In this document: one piece after another, positions 47,629 through 57,543 of the stretch
Numbering within the stretch: the first letter of the stretch is position 1
Layout: each line of letters opens with the position of its first letter
Source of the DNA: an uncultured Flavobacteriales bacterium
GTDB taxonomy: Bacteria > Bacteroidota > Bacteroidia > Flavobacteriales_D > Crocinitomicaceae
Assembly: GCA_903945495.1 (NCBI GenBank)
Contig: CAJAVU010000059.1
Coordinates: 1,091-65,090, forward strand
Reading direction: 5' to 3'
DNA: 64,000 bases
Made by a program: the position numbers and the translations under genes
The notes under the pieces: model-generated
What the model saw: the letters and a program-made list of their open reading frames with translations, nothing else
Told to the model about the DNA's origin: nothing
Database searches by the model: none

Positions 47629-49098
47629 TTATTTAGTCTCTTTTGGTAAATAATGCAAGATAACGCGAGCATCTTGTGTCAAATATTTCTTAGCAACACG
47701 AAGAATGTCTTCACGTGTAACTTTCATGTAACCTTCTAATTGCGTGTTTGCACGACTAGCAGAACCATAATAAACATGATTATCAGCTAAGTTTTCAGCA
47801 ACTCCGGCAATAGATGAATTCGATGAAACTAAATCGTTTTCAATTTTGTTTCTTACTTTCTCAAATTCTTCTTGTGAAATCAATTCAGTTTTCATCAATT
47901 CGATTTGCGCATCAAATTCCATTTGAATTGAATCTAAACTTACGCCGTTAGCAGCGATTGCAGCAAAGATTCCAACACCAGCATCTTCTAAACCATAATT
48001 GAACGAAAACGCAAATGTTGCCATCTCTTTTTTCTCAACAATTGATTTATTGATTCTTGAACTTGCTCCACCAGATAATACTTCATTCATCATTTCTAAA
48101 GCATACATATCAGCATCAGTTTGCGCTGGGAATTTGTAACCCATAAACAAAGCAGGTAATTGAATATTGTCATAAACAACATCTTTAATTACACCGTTTA
48201 ATTTCTCTGTATCTTTTGTTGGACGAGGTATAACAACTGGTTTACTTGCTAATGAAGTAATCAATTTTTTCGCTTCAGGATCTTTAGAATTCATGAAATC
48301 CTTCGTGTCAAATTTAGATTTTGCAATACCATAACGTTTTTCAAAATCAGCATCCGCTAAATTTTCAAAATCACGTAACAAGTTAATTGCTTGACCTTTT
48401 GGAATTGAACCGTAATATTTTTCAATCCATTTTTTTGTTTCGACAATGTTTAAATCTCCAGCAATTGAAAGCGTTGCATTTTGAGGAACGTAGAAAGTTT
48501 TGTAGAAATTCACATAATCTTCTTCTTGAGCCGCATCTAAATGTTCCATACTTCCAATTGGAACCCAATTGTATGGGTGAACTGTGAACATACGTTTGAA
48601 CATTTCAGTAATGAAAGAAGCGTATGGTTGATTGTCAACTCGCTGACGTTTTTCTTCTTTTACGACACTTCTTTGCGTCTCAATTCCTGTATTATCAACT
48701 TTTGCGTGCAATAATCGCTCACTTTCCAACCATAAACCAAGTTCTAATTGATTAGAAGGCAAGATTTCGTAGTAGTACGTTCTGTCTTGAGAAGTATTGG
48801 CGTTTAATGTTCCACCATTTTTCTCAACAAGTTCAGAATATTCACCACGACCAATATTGGCAGACCCTTCAAACAACAAGTGTTCAAAGAAATGGGCAAA
48901 ACCTGTTCGCTCAGGAGTTTCATTTTTAGACCCAACATGATACAGAATTGAAACTGCTACATTTGGAGTTGAGTGTTCTTCATGTAAAATTACATGGATG
49001 CCATTCGGAAGGTCGTACTCAACGTACTCAATCTTCTTCTGTGCTTGAGTTGATAAAGCAACAAATGCTAATAACCCAGTTACGATTGTTTTTTTCAT
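47629..49098 (-). CDS. M16-family zinc peptidase (pitrilysin/insulinase-like), catalytic-type
   Basis: GFAHFFEHLLFEG carries the HxxEH inverted zinc motif. Signal peptide present. Confidence 0.9.
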   Translation of the reverse strand: MKKTIVTGLLAFVALSTQAQKKIEYVEYDLPNGIHVILHEEHSTPNVAVSILYHVGSKNETPERTGFAHFFEHLLFEGSANIGRGEYSELVEKNGGTLNANTSQDRTYYYEILPSNQLELGLWLESERLLHAKVDNTGIETQRSVVKEEKRQRVDNQPYASFITEMFKRMFTVHPYNWVPIGSMEHLDAAQEEDYVNFYKTFYVPQNATLSIAGDLNIVETKKWIEKYYGSIPKGQAINLLRDFENLADADFEKRYGIAKSKFDTKDFMNSKDPEAKKLITSLASKPVVIPRPTKDTEKLNGVIKDVVYDNIQLPALFMGYKFPAQTDADMYALEMMNEVLSGGASSRINKSIVEKKEMATFAFSFNYGLEDAGVGIFAAIAANGVSLDSIQMEFDAQIELMKTELISQEEFEKVRNKIENDLVSSNSSIAGVAENLADNHVYYGSASRANTQLEGYMKVTREDILRVAKKYLTQDARVILHYLPKETK

Positions 49099-49239
49099 TG
49101 ATAAATAGGATTTATATCACGTACAAAGAAAGTTAGATTTTTTGAATTGAGAGGCCTTTGTTGATATACGGATGATTCTTTGTGCAAGTGGTTGAATGAA
49201 TGGATTTCCTTTGGCAAGAAAATTGCTAACTTTGAGTCG

Positions 49240-50319
49240 ATGAAAAAATTAGCTCTTCTTTTATTGTTGCTTTTAACGTGGAATTCACACGCTCAGAAAG
49301 TGGTTCCCTTTGTTGATTTTAACTACTATTTCAGAACATTTGAAAATGATAATTTTCGACAATTGGAATTTCAGCGTATTAGAGAATTCAAAGCAGGTGA
49401 TGATTTAGTAGCTTACATCGATACGAAAGGTAATTTGCGCATTTACGATGGAAAAGAACGTAAGGATATCTCAAATTTGAATGTTCAGTACAAAGTTTCG
49501 GATCATTTATTGGCCTACAATATCGGAGCGACCTTGAATATGTGGGACGAAGGGAAATTAAGTACTTTGACTTATTTTGGACGCAATTATGAGGTGAAAG
49601 ACAGTTTAATTGTATTTGAAGACACGCGTTTCAACACACTAAATGTTTATTGGCATAAAGAGATATTTACCTTGTGTACGGTTGTAGATGACATCTATAT
49701 GCCAGAAACAATTGGGGAAAATATTGTGGTTTTTAAAGATAACGGCAATTTTTATAAGGTTTTCTATAATGGGAAAATTCATGATTTAGGTGTTTGGAAT
49801 GGTGCCATTGACTTTCAAGCTGGAACGGATATTCTTTGTTTTAATGATCCAACCCAACGATCATTTGCGATTTTTGAAAACGGCCAATTCTTGGATGTTG
49901 AACAAAATTTTATGGGCAAATACAAATCGGGTAGAGGGTTCATCGTCTATGAGGATTTGAATGGAAATTTGAAGATGTACAAAGCAAACGAAACCACTGA
50001 ATTATCTAATTTTTCAGCGAAATTTTGGGAAGTAAAAGACGATTTAGTTGTTTGGGGTGAGAACTCTTTTGTGTTTGCGTATCAAAACGGAACCAAAATT
50101 CAAGTTTCAAATTATACACCTAAAGATTATTTGTTGAAAAACAATGTATTTGCTTTTCGAAATCAAATGGGCGGAGTAAGTGCACTAATTGACGGAAAAG
50201 TGCACGAAATCACCAATCAACCGAATGCTGAATATGAAATTTACGGAAATTTAGTTCTTGTGAAACTATTTAATAATTCCTACATCGTATTCAAAAACGG
50301 TAGAAAATATGAAGCGTAA
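49240..50319 (+). CDS. hypothetical secreted repeat protein (about nine ~38-aa repeats, propeller-like)
   Basis: Start at ATG 49240 (MKKLALLLLLLL). Recurring unit such as FKAGDDLVAYIDTKGNLRIYDGK, YKVSDHLLAYNIGATLNMWDEGK, YKSGRGFIVYEDLNGNLKMYKAN, WEVKDDLVVWGENSFVFAYQNGT. Confidence 0.65.
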   Translation: MKKLALLLLLLLTWNSHAQKVVPFVDFNYYFRTFENDNFRQLEFQRIREFKAGDDLVAYIDTKGNLRIYDGKERKDISNLNVQYKVSDHLLAYNIGATLNMWDEGKLSTLTYFGRNYEVKDSLIVFEDTRFNTLNVYWHKEIFTLCTVVDDIYMPETIGENIVVFKDNGNFYKVFYNGKIHDLGVWNGAIDFQAGTDILCFNDPTQRSFAIFENGQFLDVEQNFMGKYKSGRGFIVYEDLNGNLKMYKANETTELSNFSAKFWEVKDDLVVWGENSFVFAYQNGTKIQVSNYTPKDYLLKNNVFAFRNQMGGVSALIDGKVHEITNQPNAEYEIYGNLVLVKLFNNSYIVFKNGRKYEA

Positions 50320-50324
50320 AATGC

Positions 50325-51032
50325 TTATTTTAATTGTTCTGTAATTACAGATTTTTCAGTTAATCCAACATTTTCCCAAACTAAATTACCTTTTTTATAA
50401 AGGTGAAGTAAAGGGATCGAATTTACATTCAAGGCTTGAGAAAGCTCAGGATTTTCATCCACATCAATGCGAACAATTGTCACCTTACCTTTGTAATCTT
50501 TTTCTATCTCTGCAACAATAGGAGCTAATTTTTTACAAGGTCCACACCATTCAGCTGAAAAATCAACTAGAACGTATCCATCACTGGTTACCAATTTGGT
50601 ATATTCTTCTTGTGTTAAACCACTCGATTTTTCAACAGCATTTGCAAGTGGTAATCCTTCATTGTTCCACGCCATGAATCCACCATCTAATTCATACACT
50701 TCTTGAAAACCATTGTCCAATAGTGCTTGACTAGCTTCTGCACTTCTTCCACCACTTAAGCAATAGATGAATACTGGTGCATTTTTGTCTAAACTAGCTA
50801 ATTGATTCACGAAATCAGATCCATTCCAATCAATATTTATTGCATTCGCAATTGAACCTTCTTGAAATTCTTCAGGTGTACGAACATCAATTAATTGCGC
50901 TTCTGGTGTGGCGTTTAATTTTTCTAAAAAATCTTTCGGATCAATCGTTGATAATTTTCCTGTGCCGTTTGAAGAGCACGAAGTGATTGTTAAAATTACT
51001 AAAGATAATAATGGTAAAATAAATGCTTTCAT
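50325..51032 (-). CDS. rhodanese-thioredoxin fusion lipoprotein
   Basis: Lipobox ITSC. Rhodanese active-site loop CLSGGRS. Thioredoxin WCGPCK. Confidence 0.88.
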   Translation of the reverse strand: MKAFILPLLSLVILTITSCSSNGTGKLSTIDPKDFLEKLNATPEAQLIDVRTPEEFQEGSIANAINIDWNGSDFVNQLASLDKNAPVFIYCLSGGRSAEASQALLDNGFQEVYELDGGFMAWNNEGLPLANAVEKSSGLTQEEYTKLVTSDGYVLVDFSAEWCGPCKKLAPIVAEIEKDYKGKVTIVRIDVDENPELSQALNVNSIPLLHLYKKGNLVWENVGLTEKSVITEQLK

Positions 51033-51108
51033 GGATAAAATTTTTGATAAAGATACAACCTAGAATCTACTTGTGTGAAACTTTTGTTACGTACTAAACT
51101 TCAATGAT

Positions 51109-51840
51109 TCATTCATGCGTTTTTGCAGAATCGGCAATTAAATTGTTTAGTTCGTTCATTTCATCATCCGTTAAATGACGCCATTTGCCAATTTCAGTGT
51201 CCAATTTGATGTTCATGATGCGAATACGTTTCAATTTTACAACCTCATAATTCAAGAATTCACACATGCGACGAATTTGACGATTCAATCCTTGCGTCAG
51301 AATGATTTTAAACTTGAAAAGACTTATTTGCTCAACGTTGCATTCACGTGTTACAGTATCCAAAATTGGAACGCCTGAACTCATTTTTTGAATGAATTGT
51401 TTTGTAATTGGTTTGTTTACTGTAACTATGTATTCCTTTTCGTGATTGTTGCGCGCACGTAAAATTTTATTGACTATGTCACCGTCACTTGTCAAGAAGA
51501 TTAATCCTTCACTCGCTTTATCTAAACGTCCAATTGGAAATATGCGCTTTGGATACTTGATGAAATCAATGATGTTGTTTTTTTCGCGTTCCGTTTCTGT
51601 TGTACAAACAATTCCTATCGGTTTATTAAAAGCCAAATAGGTATGTTTTTCAGTTGGTTCCGCAATCAGCTTTCCATCCACGCGTACTTCGTCTGTAGGA
51701 TTGATTTTTGTTCCCATTTCTGGTACTTTCCCATTAATAGTAACTCTTCCTTCTTCGATTAACTTATCGGCAGCGCGACGTGAGCAAAATCCAGCTTCGC
51801 TTAAAAATTTATTGATACGGGTTCCTTGTGTTTCGTCCAT
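51109..51840 (-). CDS. rluF: RsuA/RluF-family rRNA pseudouridine synthase
   Basis: S4 domain (RINKFLSEAGFCSRRAADKLIEEGRVTING). Catalytic GRLDKASEGLIFLTSDG. Start at ATG 51840. Confidence 0.85.
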   Translation of the reverse strand: MDETQGTRINKFLSEAGFCSRRAADKLIEEGRVTINGKVPEMGTKINPTDEVRVDGKLIAEPTEKHTYLAFNKPIGIVCTTETEREKNNIIDFIKYPKRIFPIGRLDKASEGLIFLTSDGDIVNKILRARNNHEKEYIVTVNKPITKQFIQKMSSGVPILDTVTRECNVEQISLFKFKIILTQGLNRQIRRMCEFLNYEVVKLKRIRIMNIKLDTEIGKWRHLTDDEMNELNNLIADSAKTHE

Positions 51841-51898
51841 TCCAACTTTTTGGCAAAAATACTTCCAAAATCTGAATTCCAAATTATAAATTATAAAG

Positions 51899-51906
51899 TA
51901 TCTTTG
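51899..51906 (+). promoter_or_regulatory. candidate Bacteroidota -7 promoter element (TAnnTTTG)
   Basis: TATCTTTG lies 57 nt upstream of the DUF4494 start. No clear -33 TTG was identified. Confidence 0.3.
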
Positions 51907-51962
51907 TCACTTGTGGATGCAATTTACAGCATCATTATTCCGAATTTTCAAACAACAACACT

Positions 51963-52592
51963 ATGAATAACTGGTTTACAGTAAAAGTTAAATACACGAA
52001 ACAATTAGACAACGGAACATTTAAACGTGTTTCTGAACCTTATTTATTAGCCGCTATGACATTCACGGATGCAGAGGCGCGAATCTATGAGGAATTAGGA
52101 AGTATTATTAAAGGAGAATTTAACGTTGTCGGAATTACACGAACTGAGATTCACGATATTTTCGCATATGACGATGCTGATATTTGGTACAAAGTAAAAA
52201 TTACTTACGAAAGTGAAGCAGGAGGAATGGATGGAGAAGAAGCAAAAGCGAAAAAAGTTGCTCAAAACTTCTTGGTTTCTGCACATTCTGTAAAAGATGC
52301 TTACGATCGAATCAAAGAAAGCTTATCGACTTTAATGGTTGATTTTAAAATTCCTTCAATTATCGTTTCACCGATTGTAGAAATTTTCCCGTATACAGAA
52401 AACTTGGATCGCGAAATTGAGCGTCGTCCAATGGAAACAGTTGCAGCTTTTGAAGAAGAAGCTCCATCACCAAAAGGAAAAGTGTTCTCTGCACCAGGAT
52501 CTGATGTTGATGATGAGTTCGAAGAAGAATTAGAAGAGGAAATCGAAGAGGATGATTCTGAATTAGAAGACGAATTTTCTGACGAAGATTAA
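51963..52592 (+). CDS. DUF4494 domain protein with acidic C-terminal tail
   Basis: MNNWFTVKVKYTKQLDNGTFKRVSEPYLLAAMTFTDAEARIYEE matches my recollection of the DUF4494 N-terminus. The last ~45 residues are almost all Asp or Glu. Confidence 0.7.
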   Translation: MNNWFTVKVKYTKQLDNGTFKRVSEPYLLAAMTFTDAEARIYEELGSIIKGEFNVVGITRTEIHDIFAYDDADIWYKVKITYESEAGGMDGEEAKAKKVAQNFLVSAHSVKDAYDRIKESLSTLMVDFKIPSIIVSPIVEIFPYTENLDREIERRPMETVAAFEEEAPSPKGKVFSAPGSDVDDEFEEELEEEIEEDDSELEDEFSDED

Positions 52593-52594
52593 TA

Positions 52595-53239
52595 ATGAAG
52601 GAATTTCTCGATCTTTTAAGAAACGATCATCACCAATTTGACCAAGGTAAATTAGAAGATTATTTTGGGTCAGAACCATTTGCGCTTGTGGCTAAATGGC
52701 TTCGAGAAGCGATCGAACGTGGCGTGTCTGAACCAAATGCGATGAGTATTTCAACAATTGGTTTGGATGGATTTCCGCATTCACGTATCGTTTACTTGAA
52801 AGAACTACTCGAGGAAGGTCCGATTTTTTACACGAATTACAACAGTGCTAAAGGAAAAGCTTTAGAAGCGAATCCAAAAGTTCACGCCTTGATTTTCTGG
52901 CCAGGAATGGAACGTCAAATAAGTATCACTGGAACTGTAGAAAAAGTTCCTGAAGAAATGAGTGACGAATATTTTCAATCACGTCCTTGGGGAAGTAAAA
53001 TTGGTGCTTGGGCTTCACAACAAAGTGAGGAATTGGCATCGCGTGATGAATTGGAAAATCGTGTAAAAGAATTGGCTGAATTATTTCCTGTAGAAGTTCC
53101 GCGTCCTCCACATTGGGGCGGTTACGTAATAAAACCTGTTCAAATTGAATTTTGGCAGGGAAGAGCTTCTCGCTTACATGATCGAATTGTATTTGAATTA
53201 AACGATGGTAACTGGAGAGTTTTCCGCAAGAATCCATAA
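52595..53239 (+). CDS. pdxH: pyridoxamine 5'-phosphate oxidase
   Basis: RIVYLKE...FYTNYNSAKG...IEFWQGRASRLHDRIVF signature. Confidence 0.92.
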   Translation: MKEFLDLLRNDHHQFDQGKLEDYFGSEPFALVAKWLREAIERGVSEPNAMSISTIGLDGFPHSRIVYLKELLEEGPIFYTNYNSAKGKALEANPKVHALIFWPGMERQISITGTVEKVPEEMSDEYFQSRPWGSKIGAWASQQSEELASRDELENRVKELAELFPVEVPRPPHWGGYVIKPVQIEFWQGRASRLHDRIVFELNDGNWRVFRKNP

Positions 53240-53242
53240 GGA

Positions 53243-54484
53243 ATGTACGAAATAAAACCAATTGTCTTTACCTTGTCGAATGGGATTCGTGTTGTTTATT
53301 TACACGCTCCTGCTCAAGTTGCACACCTAGGAGTTACAGTTCTTGGTGGTTCACGATTTGAGTTGCCTGGTGAAGATGGATTGGCTCATTTTCTAGAGCA
53401 TTGTATTTTCAAAGGCACAAGTAAACGTAAAGCATTTCACATTCTTTCGCGCCTTGATTCAGTTGGTGGAGAATTGAATGCCTATACAGCAAAAGAAGAA
53501 ATTTGTGTGTATGCTTCTTTTACGAAAGAGCATATTCGAAGAGCTTCTGAATTATTGGCAGATATCACGCTAAATTCAAATTTCCCTTTAAAGGAAATCA
53601 TTAAAGAGAAAGAAATTATTCTTGACGAAATCAATTCGTATTTGGATAGTCCGAGTGATAAAATTTTCGATGATTTTGAAGGTTATTTGTTTGAAGGACA
53701 TGCATTAGGAAATAATATCTTGGGGACAAAAGAACGTGTGCAAGGTTTTACCCGCGATCATTTGGTGGATTATGTAAAACGCTTTTTCACTGCTGATAAC
53801 ATGGTAATTTCCTTCGTTGGAGATTTATCACGCAATAAATTGGAAAAGATTCTGGAGGAAGATTTCAAGCATTGTCCAGCAGGAAATCATGTTCCAGTGA
53901 TTGAAAAATTTGAACCACGAAAAGCTTTTCACATTCGCTCAAAAGAAGCAAATTATCAAGTACATGCAATCGTCGGTGGTTTGGCTCCAAATTATTTGGA
54001 TGAATCACGTCGTGGAATGACAATGATGACGAACATTTTGGGAGGTCCAGCATTGAATTCGCGTTTGACTTTATCGATTCGTGAAAAATATGGTTATTCG
54101 TACAACGTTGAAGCAAATTACACACCGTATGTTGATACAGGCTTTTGGAGTGTTTATTTGGGGACCGATCCAAAATACATTGATAAATCCTTGGCATTGA
54201 TTCGTAAAGAATTGAAATTACTAAGAACTAAAAAACTTGGAGTATTGCAATTGAATCGTGCGAAGGAACAATTAAAAGGTCATTTGGCTTTGGGCTTGGA
54301 TTCGAATTCTGGTTTAATGCTTGGTTTAGGTAAGTCATTGTTGTTATTCAACCAAATTGACACGATTCAAGAGATTTACGCGGGAATCGATAAATTGACA
54401 GAAATTGAGTTGATGGAAATTGCTAACCGTTATTTCTCAGAAGACAATTATTCGGAACTCGTTTTTGATTTGCAGGAAGATTAA
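53243..54484 (+). CDS. M16-family zinc peptidase
   Basis: GLAHFLEHCIFKGT carries HxxEH. 413 aa with no signal peptide. Confidence 0.88.
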   Translation: MYEIKPIVFTLSNGIRVVYLHAPAQVAHLGVTVLGGSRFELPGEDGLAHFLEHCIFKGTSKRKAFHILSRLDSVGGELNAYTAKEEICVYASFTKEHIRRASELLADITLNSNFPLKEIIKEKEIILDEINSYLDSPSDKIFDDFEGYLFEGHALGNNILGTKERVQGFTRDHLVDYVKRFFTADNMVISFVGDLSRNKLEKILEEDFKHCPAGNHVPVIEKFEPRKAFHIRSKEANYQVHAIVGGLAPNYLDESRRGMTMMTNILGGPALNSRLTLSIREKYGYSYNVEANYTPYVDTGFWSVYLGTDPKYIDKSLALIRKELKLLRTKKLGVLQLNRAKEQLKGHLALGLDSNSGLMLGLGKSLLLFNQIDTIQEIYAGIDKLTEIELMEIANRYFSEDNYSELVFDLQED

Positions 54485-55029
54485 TCCTTTATTCTATAAA
54501 GTGTTCTTCTATCATCATTAATCATTACCCATTTATAATCTTGGAAATAATCTTCATTTTCTTTCGAGAAGGTGTACTTTAATCCAAAACAACACGTACA
54601 CGCACAATTACCTCCATAACCGATAAACTTTAGGTTAATAATCGAATCGCTTTCTAAGGAAGCATCACCAAGGAACTTATGACAACAATTCGATGTTATT
54701 TGGGTCGAAATAATCCACATCGAATCATTTTTAACGACAGATTCGACACGTTCGATTATTCCTTCGTGTTCTCCAGAGCAATCACTACCAGTAACAGATT
54801 GTAATCGTAAACCAGAATAACTCCATAAAGCAATTTGGAATCCAGTCTCAGGAATGGCCATTGTACCGAAAAGGATTTGTCCATCCATTGAACTATTAAT
54901 CAAGATAGTATCCGTTTCTTTTACTTCCATTAATTGAGGGTCTTTTGGATAAACAATTAAAATTGTATCCGATTGTGCCCAACAAATCATGTTGAAACTA
55001 AAAAAACTGAAAAATAGGATGAATTTCAT
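54481..55029 (-). CDS. hypothetical secreted Cys-rich protein
   Basis: Signal peptide. C-terminal Cys cluster (NCCHKF...GGNCACTCCFG). No known domain. Its 3' end overlaps the convergent M16 gene by 4 nt. Confidence 0.55.
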   Translation of the reverse strand: MKFILFFSFFSFNMICWAQSDTILIVYPKDPQLMEVKETDTILINSSMDGQILFGTMAIPETGFQIALWSYSGLRLQSVTGSDCSGEHEGIIERVESVVKNDSMWIISTQITSNCCHKFLGDASLESDSIINLKFIGYGGNCACTCCFGLKYTFSKENEDYFQDYKWVMINDDRRTLYRIKD

Positions 55030-55176
55030 ACCTGAAAATTAAAGAAAATTAAAATAGGATTGAAAAATGAGTGTGTTTTTAAGTTTTTATTCAAAAAAAT
55101 CAGAAATAATTAAAATAAATAGGGGGTTGTTGATAAAAAAGTGTAAAAAAATGAGCTGACCCCCTAAAAAATGATG

Positions 55177-55184
55177 TAGATTTG
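55177..55184 (+). promoter_or_regulatory. candidate -7 promoter element (TAGATTTG) for the GS III gene
   Basis: Matches TAnnTTTG 20 nt upstream of ATG 55204. Confidence 0.3.
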
Positions 55185-55203
55185 CAAAAAAAATCTTTTT
55201 AGC

Positions 55204-57390
55204 ATGGCGACCAAAAGACAAAAAGCGTATCAAGATGTGTTGAATCGTACTCCGAAACACATTGATTATGACGGAAGAGTATCCGAATTATTTGGTAAAA
55301 ACGTATTTCACATTGAAGTGATGCGTGAATATTTACCATCAGAAGCATTTAAATCGATGCAAGAATCGATTCAAAATGGAACACGTTTAGATCGGAAAAT
55401 GGCTGACCAAGTTGCCTCAGCGATGAAAGATTGGGCATTGACAAAAGGTGCTACACATTACACACACTGGTTTCAACCATTAACTGGTTCAACAGCTGAA
55501 AAACATGATGCGTTCTTCAAGCCAGTTGGTCCAGGAAGAGCAATGGAGAAATTTGACGGAGATTTATTAGTTCAACAAGAACCAGATGCATCTTCTTTCC
55601 CAAATGGAGGAATTAGAAATACATTCGAAGCACGCGGTTATACTGCTTGGGATCCATCTTCTCCAGCTTTCGTAATTGGTAAAACATTGTGTATTCCAAC
55701 AATTTTCATCTCTTATACAGGTGAGTCGTTGGATTACAAAATGCCATTATTGAAAGCGTTACATGCTGTTGATCAAGCAGCAGTTGAAGTGTGTCAATAC
55801 TTTGATAAAAACGTAACAAAAGTAAACGCAACTTTAGGTTGGGAACAAGAATATTTCTTAGTTGATCAAGCATTGTTCAACGCTCGTCCAGATTTGATGA
55901 TGACAGGAAGAGCATTGTTCGGACACGCTGCAGCGAAAGGTCAACAATTGGAAGATCATTATTTTGGATCAATTCCAGATCGCGTAACTGCTTTCATGCG
56001 TGAGTTTGAAACTGAAGCGATTTTGTTAGGAATTCCAGTTACAACTCGTCACAATGAGGTTGCACCAAATCAGTTTGAGTGTGCGCCAATGTTTGAAGAG
56101 TGTAACTTAGCAAATGACCACAACTTATTGTTGATGGACTTGATGGAGAAAATTGCTCGCAAACATGATTTCCGTGTTCTTTTACACGAAAAACCATTTG
56201 CAGGAGTTAATGGTTCAGGAAAACACAATAACTGGTCGTTAGGAACAAATACAGGTGTTAACTTATTAGCTCCAGGAAAAAATCCTAAAACGAATTTGCA
56301 ATTTTTGACATTCTTCGTGAATACAATTAAAGCAATTCACGATCACGCTGATTTATTACGTGCATGTATCGCATCAGCAGGAAATGATCACCGTTTAGGA
56401 GCAAACGAAGCACCACCGGCTATTATTTCTGCATTCATTGGTTCTCAATTGTCTACGTTATTAGATGATATCGAAAAAAATGTGAAAGCTGGTAAAATGA
56501 CACCAGAGGATAAAACGGAATTGAAATTAAACATCGGTAAAATTCCACAAATCATGTTGGATAATACAGATCGTAACAGAACTTCTCCCTTTGCCTTTAC
56601 AGGAAATAAATTTGAGTTCAGAGCAGTTGGTTCATCTGCAAACTGTGCTTCTGCAATGATTGTGTTGAATACAATTATGGCAAAACAACTACAAGATTTC
56701 AAAGTTTCTGTTGACGGACGCATCGATAAAGGTGAAGCGAAAGACGAAGCTATTTTGAAAGAACTTCAAAAATTGATTAAAGAATCGAAAAAGATTCGTT
56801 TTGAAGGAAATGGTTACGGTGACGAATGGGTGAAAGATGCTGAGAAACGTGGCTTGAAAAACTTGAAAGATACACCACGCGCTTTACAAGTTTGGGGTGA
56901 GAAAAAAGTTGCAAAATTGTTCAACGATATGAACGTTTTAACACCAAGAGAGTTGGAAGCACGTAAAGAGATTGAATTTGATAGTTACATCTTGAAAATT
57001 CAAATTGAAGCACGTATCATGGGAGATGTTATTCAATCTATGATTATTCCAGCGGTTGTTGATTACCAAAATCGTTTGATTAAAAACGTTGAAGGTTTGT
57101 TCTCTGTTCTTGGTGATAAAGCAGGAAAAGAAGCAGCGAAAACTCAAATTGAATTGATTCAACGCATTGCAATTCACACAAATAAAATGAAAGCATCTGC
57201 TGATGCAATGTTGATGGCTCGAAAAGCAGCTAACAAATTGTCTCATGCAGAAGATAAAGCATTTGCTTACTGCGATACTGTGAAAGTTCATTTTGAAGAA
57301 ATTCGCTACCACGCAGATAAATTGGAATTATTGATTGATGACGAATCATGGCCATTACCAAAATTCCGTGAAATGTTATTTACACGTTAA
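55204..57390 (+). CDS. glnN: glutamine synthetase type III
   Basis: 728 aa. N-terminal GS III-specific region, catalytic core (NEVAPNQFE, HEKPFAGVNGSGKHNNWS) and the characteristic long C-terminal domain. Confidence 0.92.
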   Translation: MATKRQKAYQDVLNRTPKHIDYDGRVSELFGKNVFHIEVMREYLPSEAFKSMQESIQNGTRLDRKMADQVASAMKDWALTKGATHYTHWFQPLTGSTAEKHDAFFKPVGPGRAMEKFDGDLLVQQEPDASSFPNGGIRNTFEARGYTAWDPSSPAFVIGKTLCIPTIFISYTGESLDYKMPLLKALHAVDQAAVEVCQYFDKNVTKVNATLGWEQEYFLVDQALFNARPDLMMTGRALFGHAAAKGQQLEDHYFGSIPDRVTAFMREFETEAILLGIPVTTRHNEVAPNQFECAPMFEECNLANDHNLLLMDLMEKIARKHDFRVLLHEKPFAGVNGSGKHNNWSLGTNTGVNLLAPGKNPKTNLQFLTFFVNTIKAIHDHADLLRACIASAGNDHRLGANEAPPAIISAFIGSQLSTLLDDIEKNVKAGKMTPEDKTELKLNIGKIPQIMLDNTDRNRTSPFAFTGNKFEFRAVGSSANCASAMIVLNTIMAKQLQDFKVSVDGRIDKGEAKDEAILKELQKLIKESKKIRFEGNGYGDEWVKDAEKRGLKNLKDTPRALQVWGEKKVAKLFNDMNVLTPRELEARKEIEFDSYILKIQIEARIMGDVIQSMIIPAVVDYQNRLIKNVEGLFSVLGDKAGKEAAKTQIELIQRIAIHTNKMKASADAMLMARKAANKLSHAEDKAFAYCDTVKVHFEEIRYHADKLELLIDDESWPLPKFREMLFTR

Positions 57391-57412
57391 TACAATTAAT
57401 TATCATTTTAAG

Positions 57413-57448
57413 AAAGCCTTGTACCGTTTGTTCGGAGTGAGGCTTTTT
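57413..57448 (+). terminator. rho-independent terminator after the GS III gene
   Basis: AAAGCCT...AGGCTTT stem followed by TTTT. Confidence 0.6.
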
Positions 57449-57543
57449 CAATTATAAGAAGTAGATTGTTGATAAACTTTCGCACTTTTTTCTAGTTGAT
57501 TTTAATGATCTTGTTACCTTTGTTTAAATTAATTCTAAATAAG

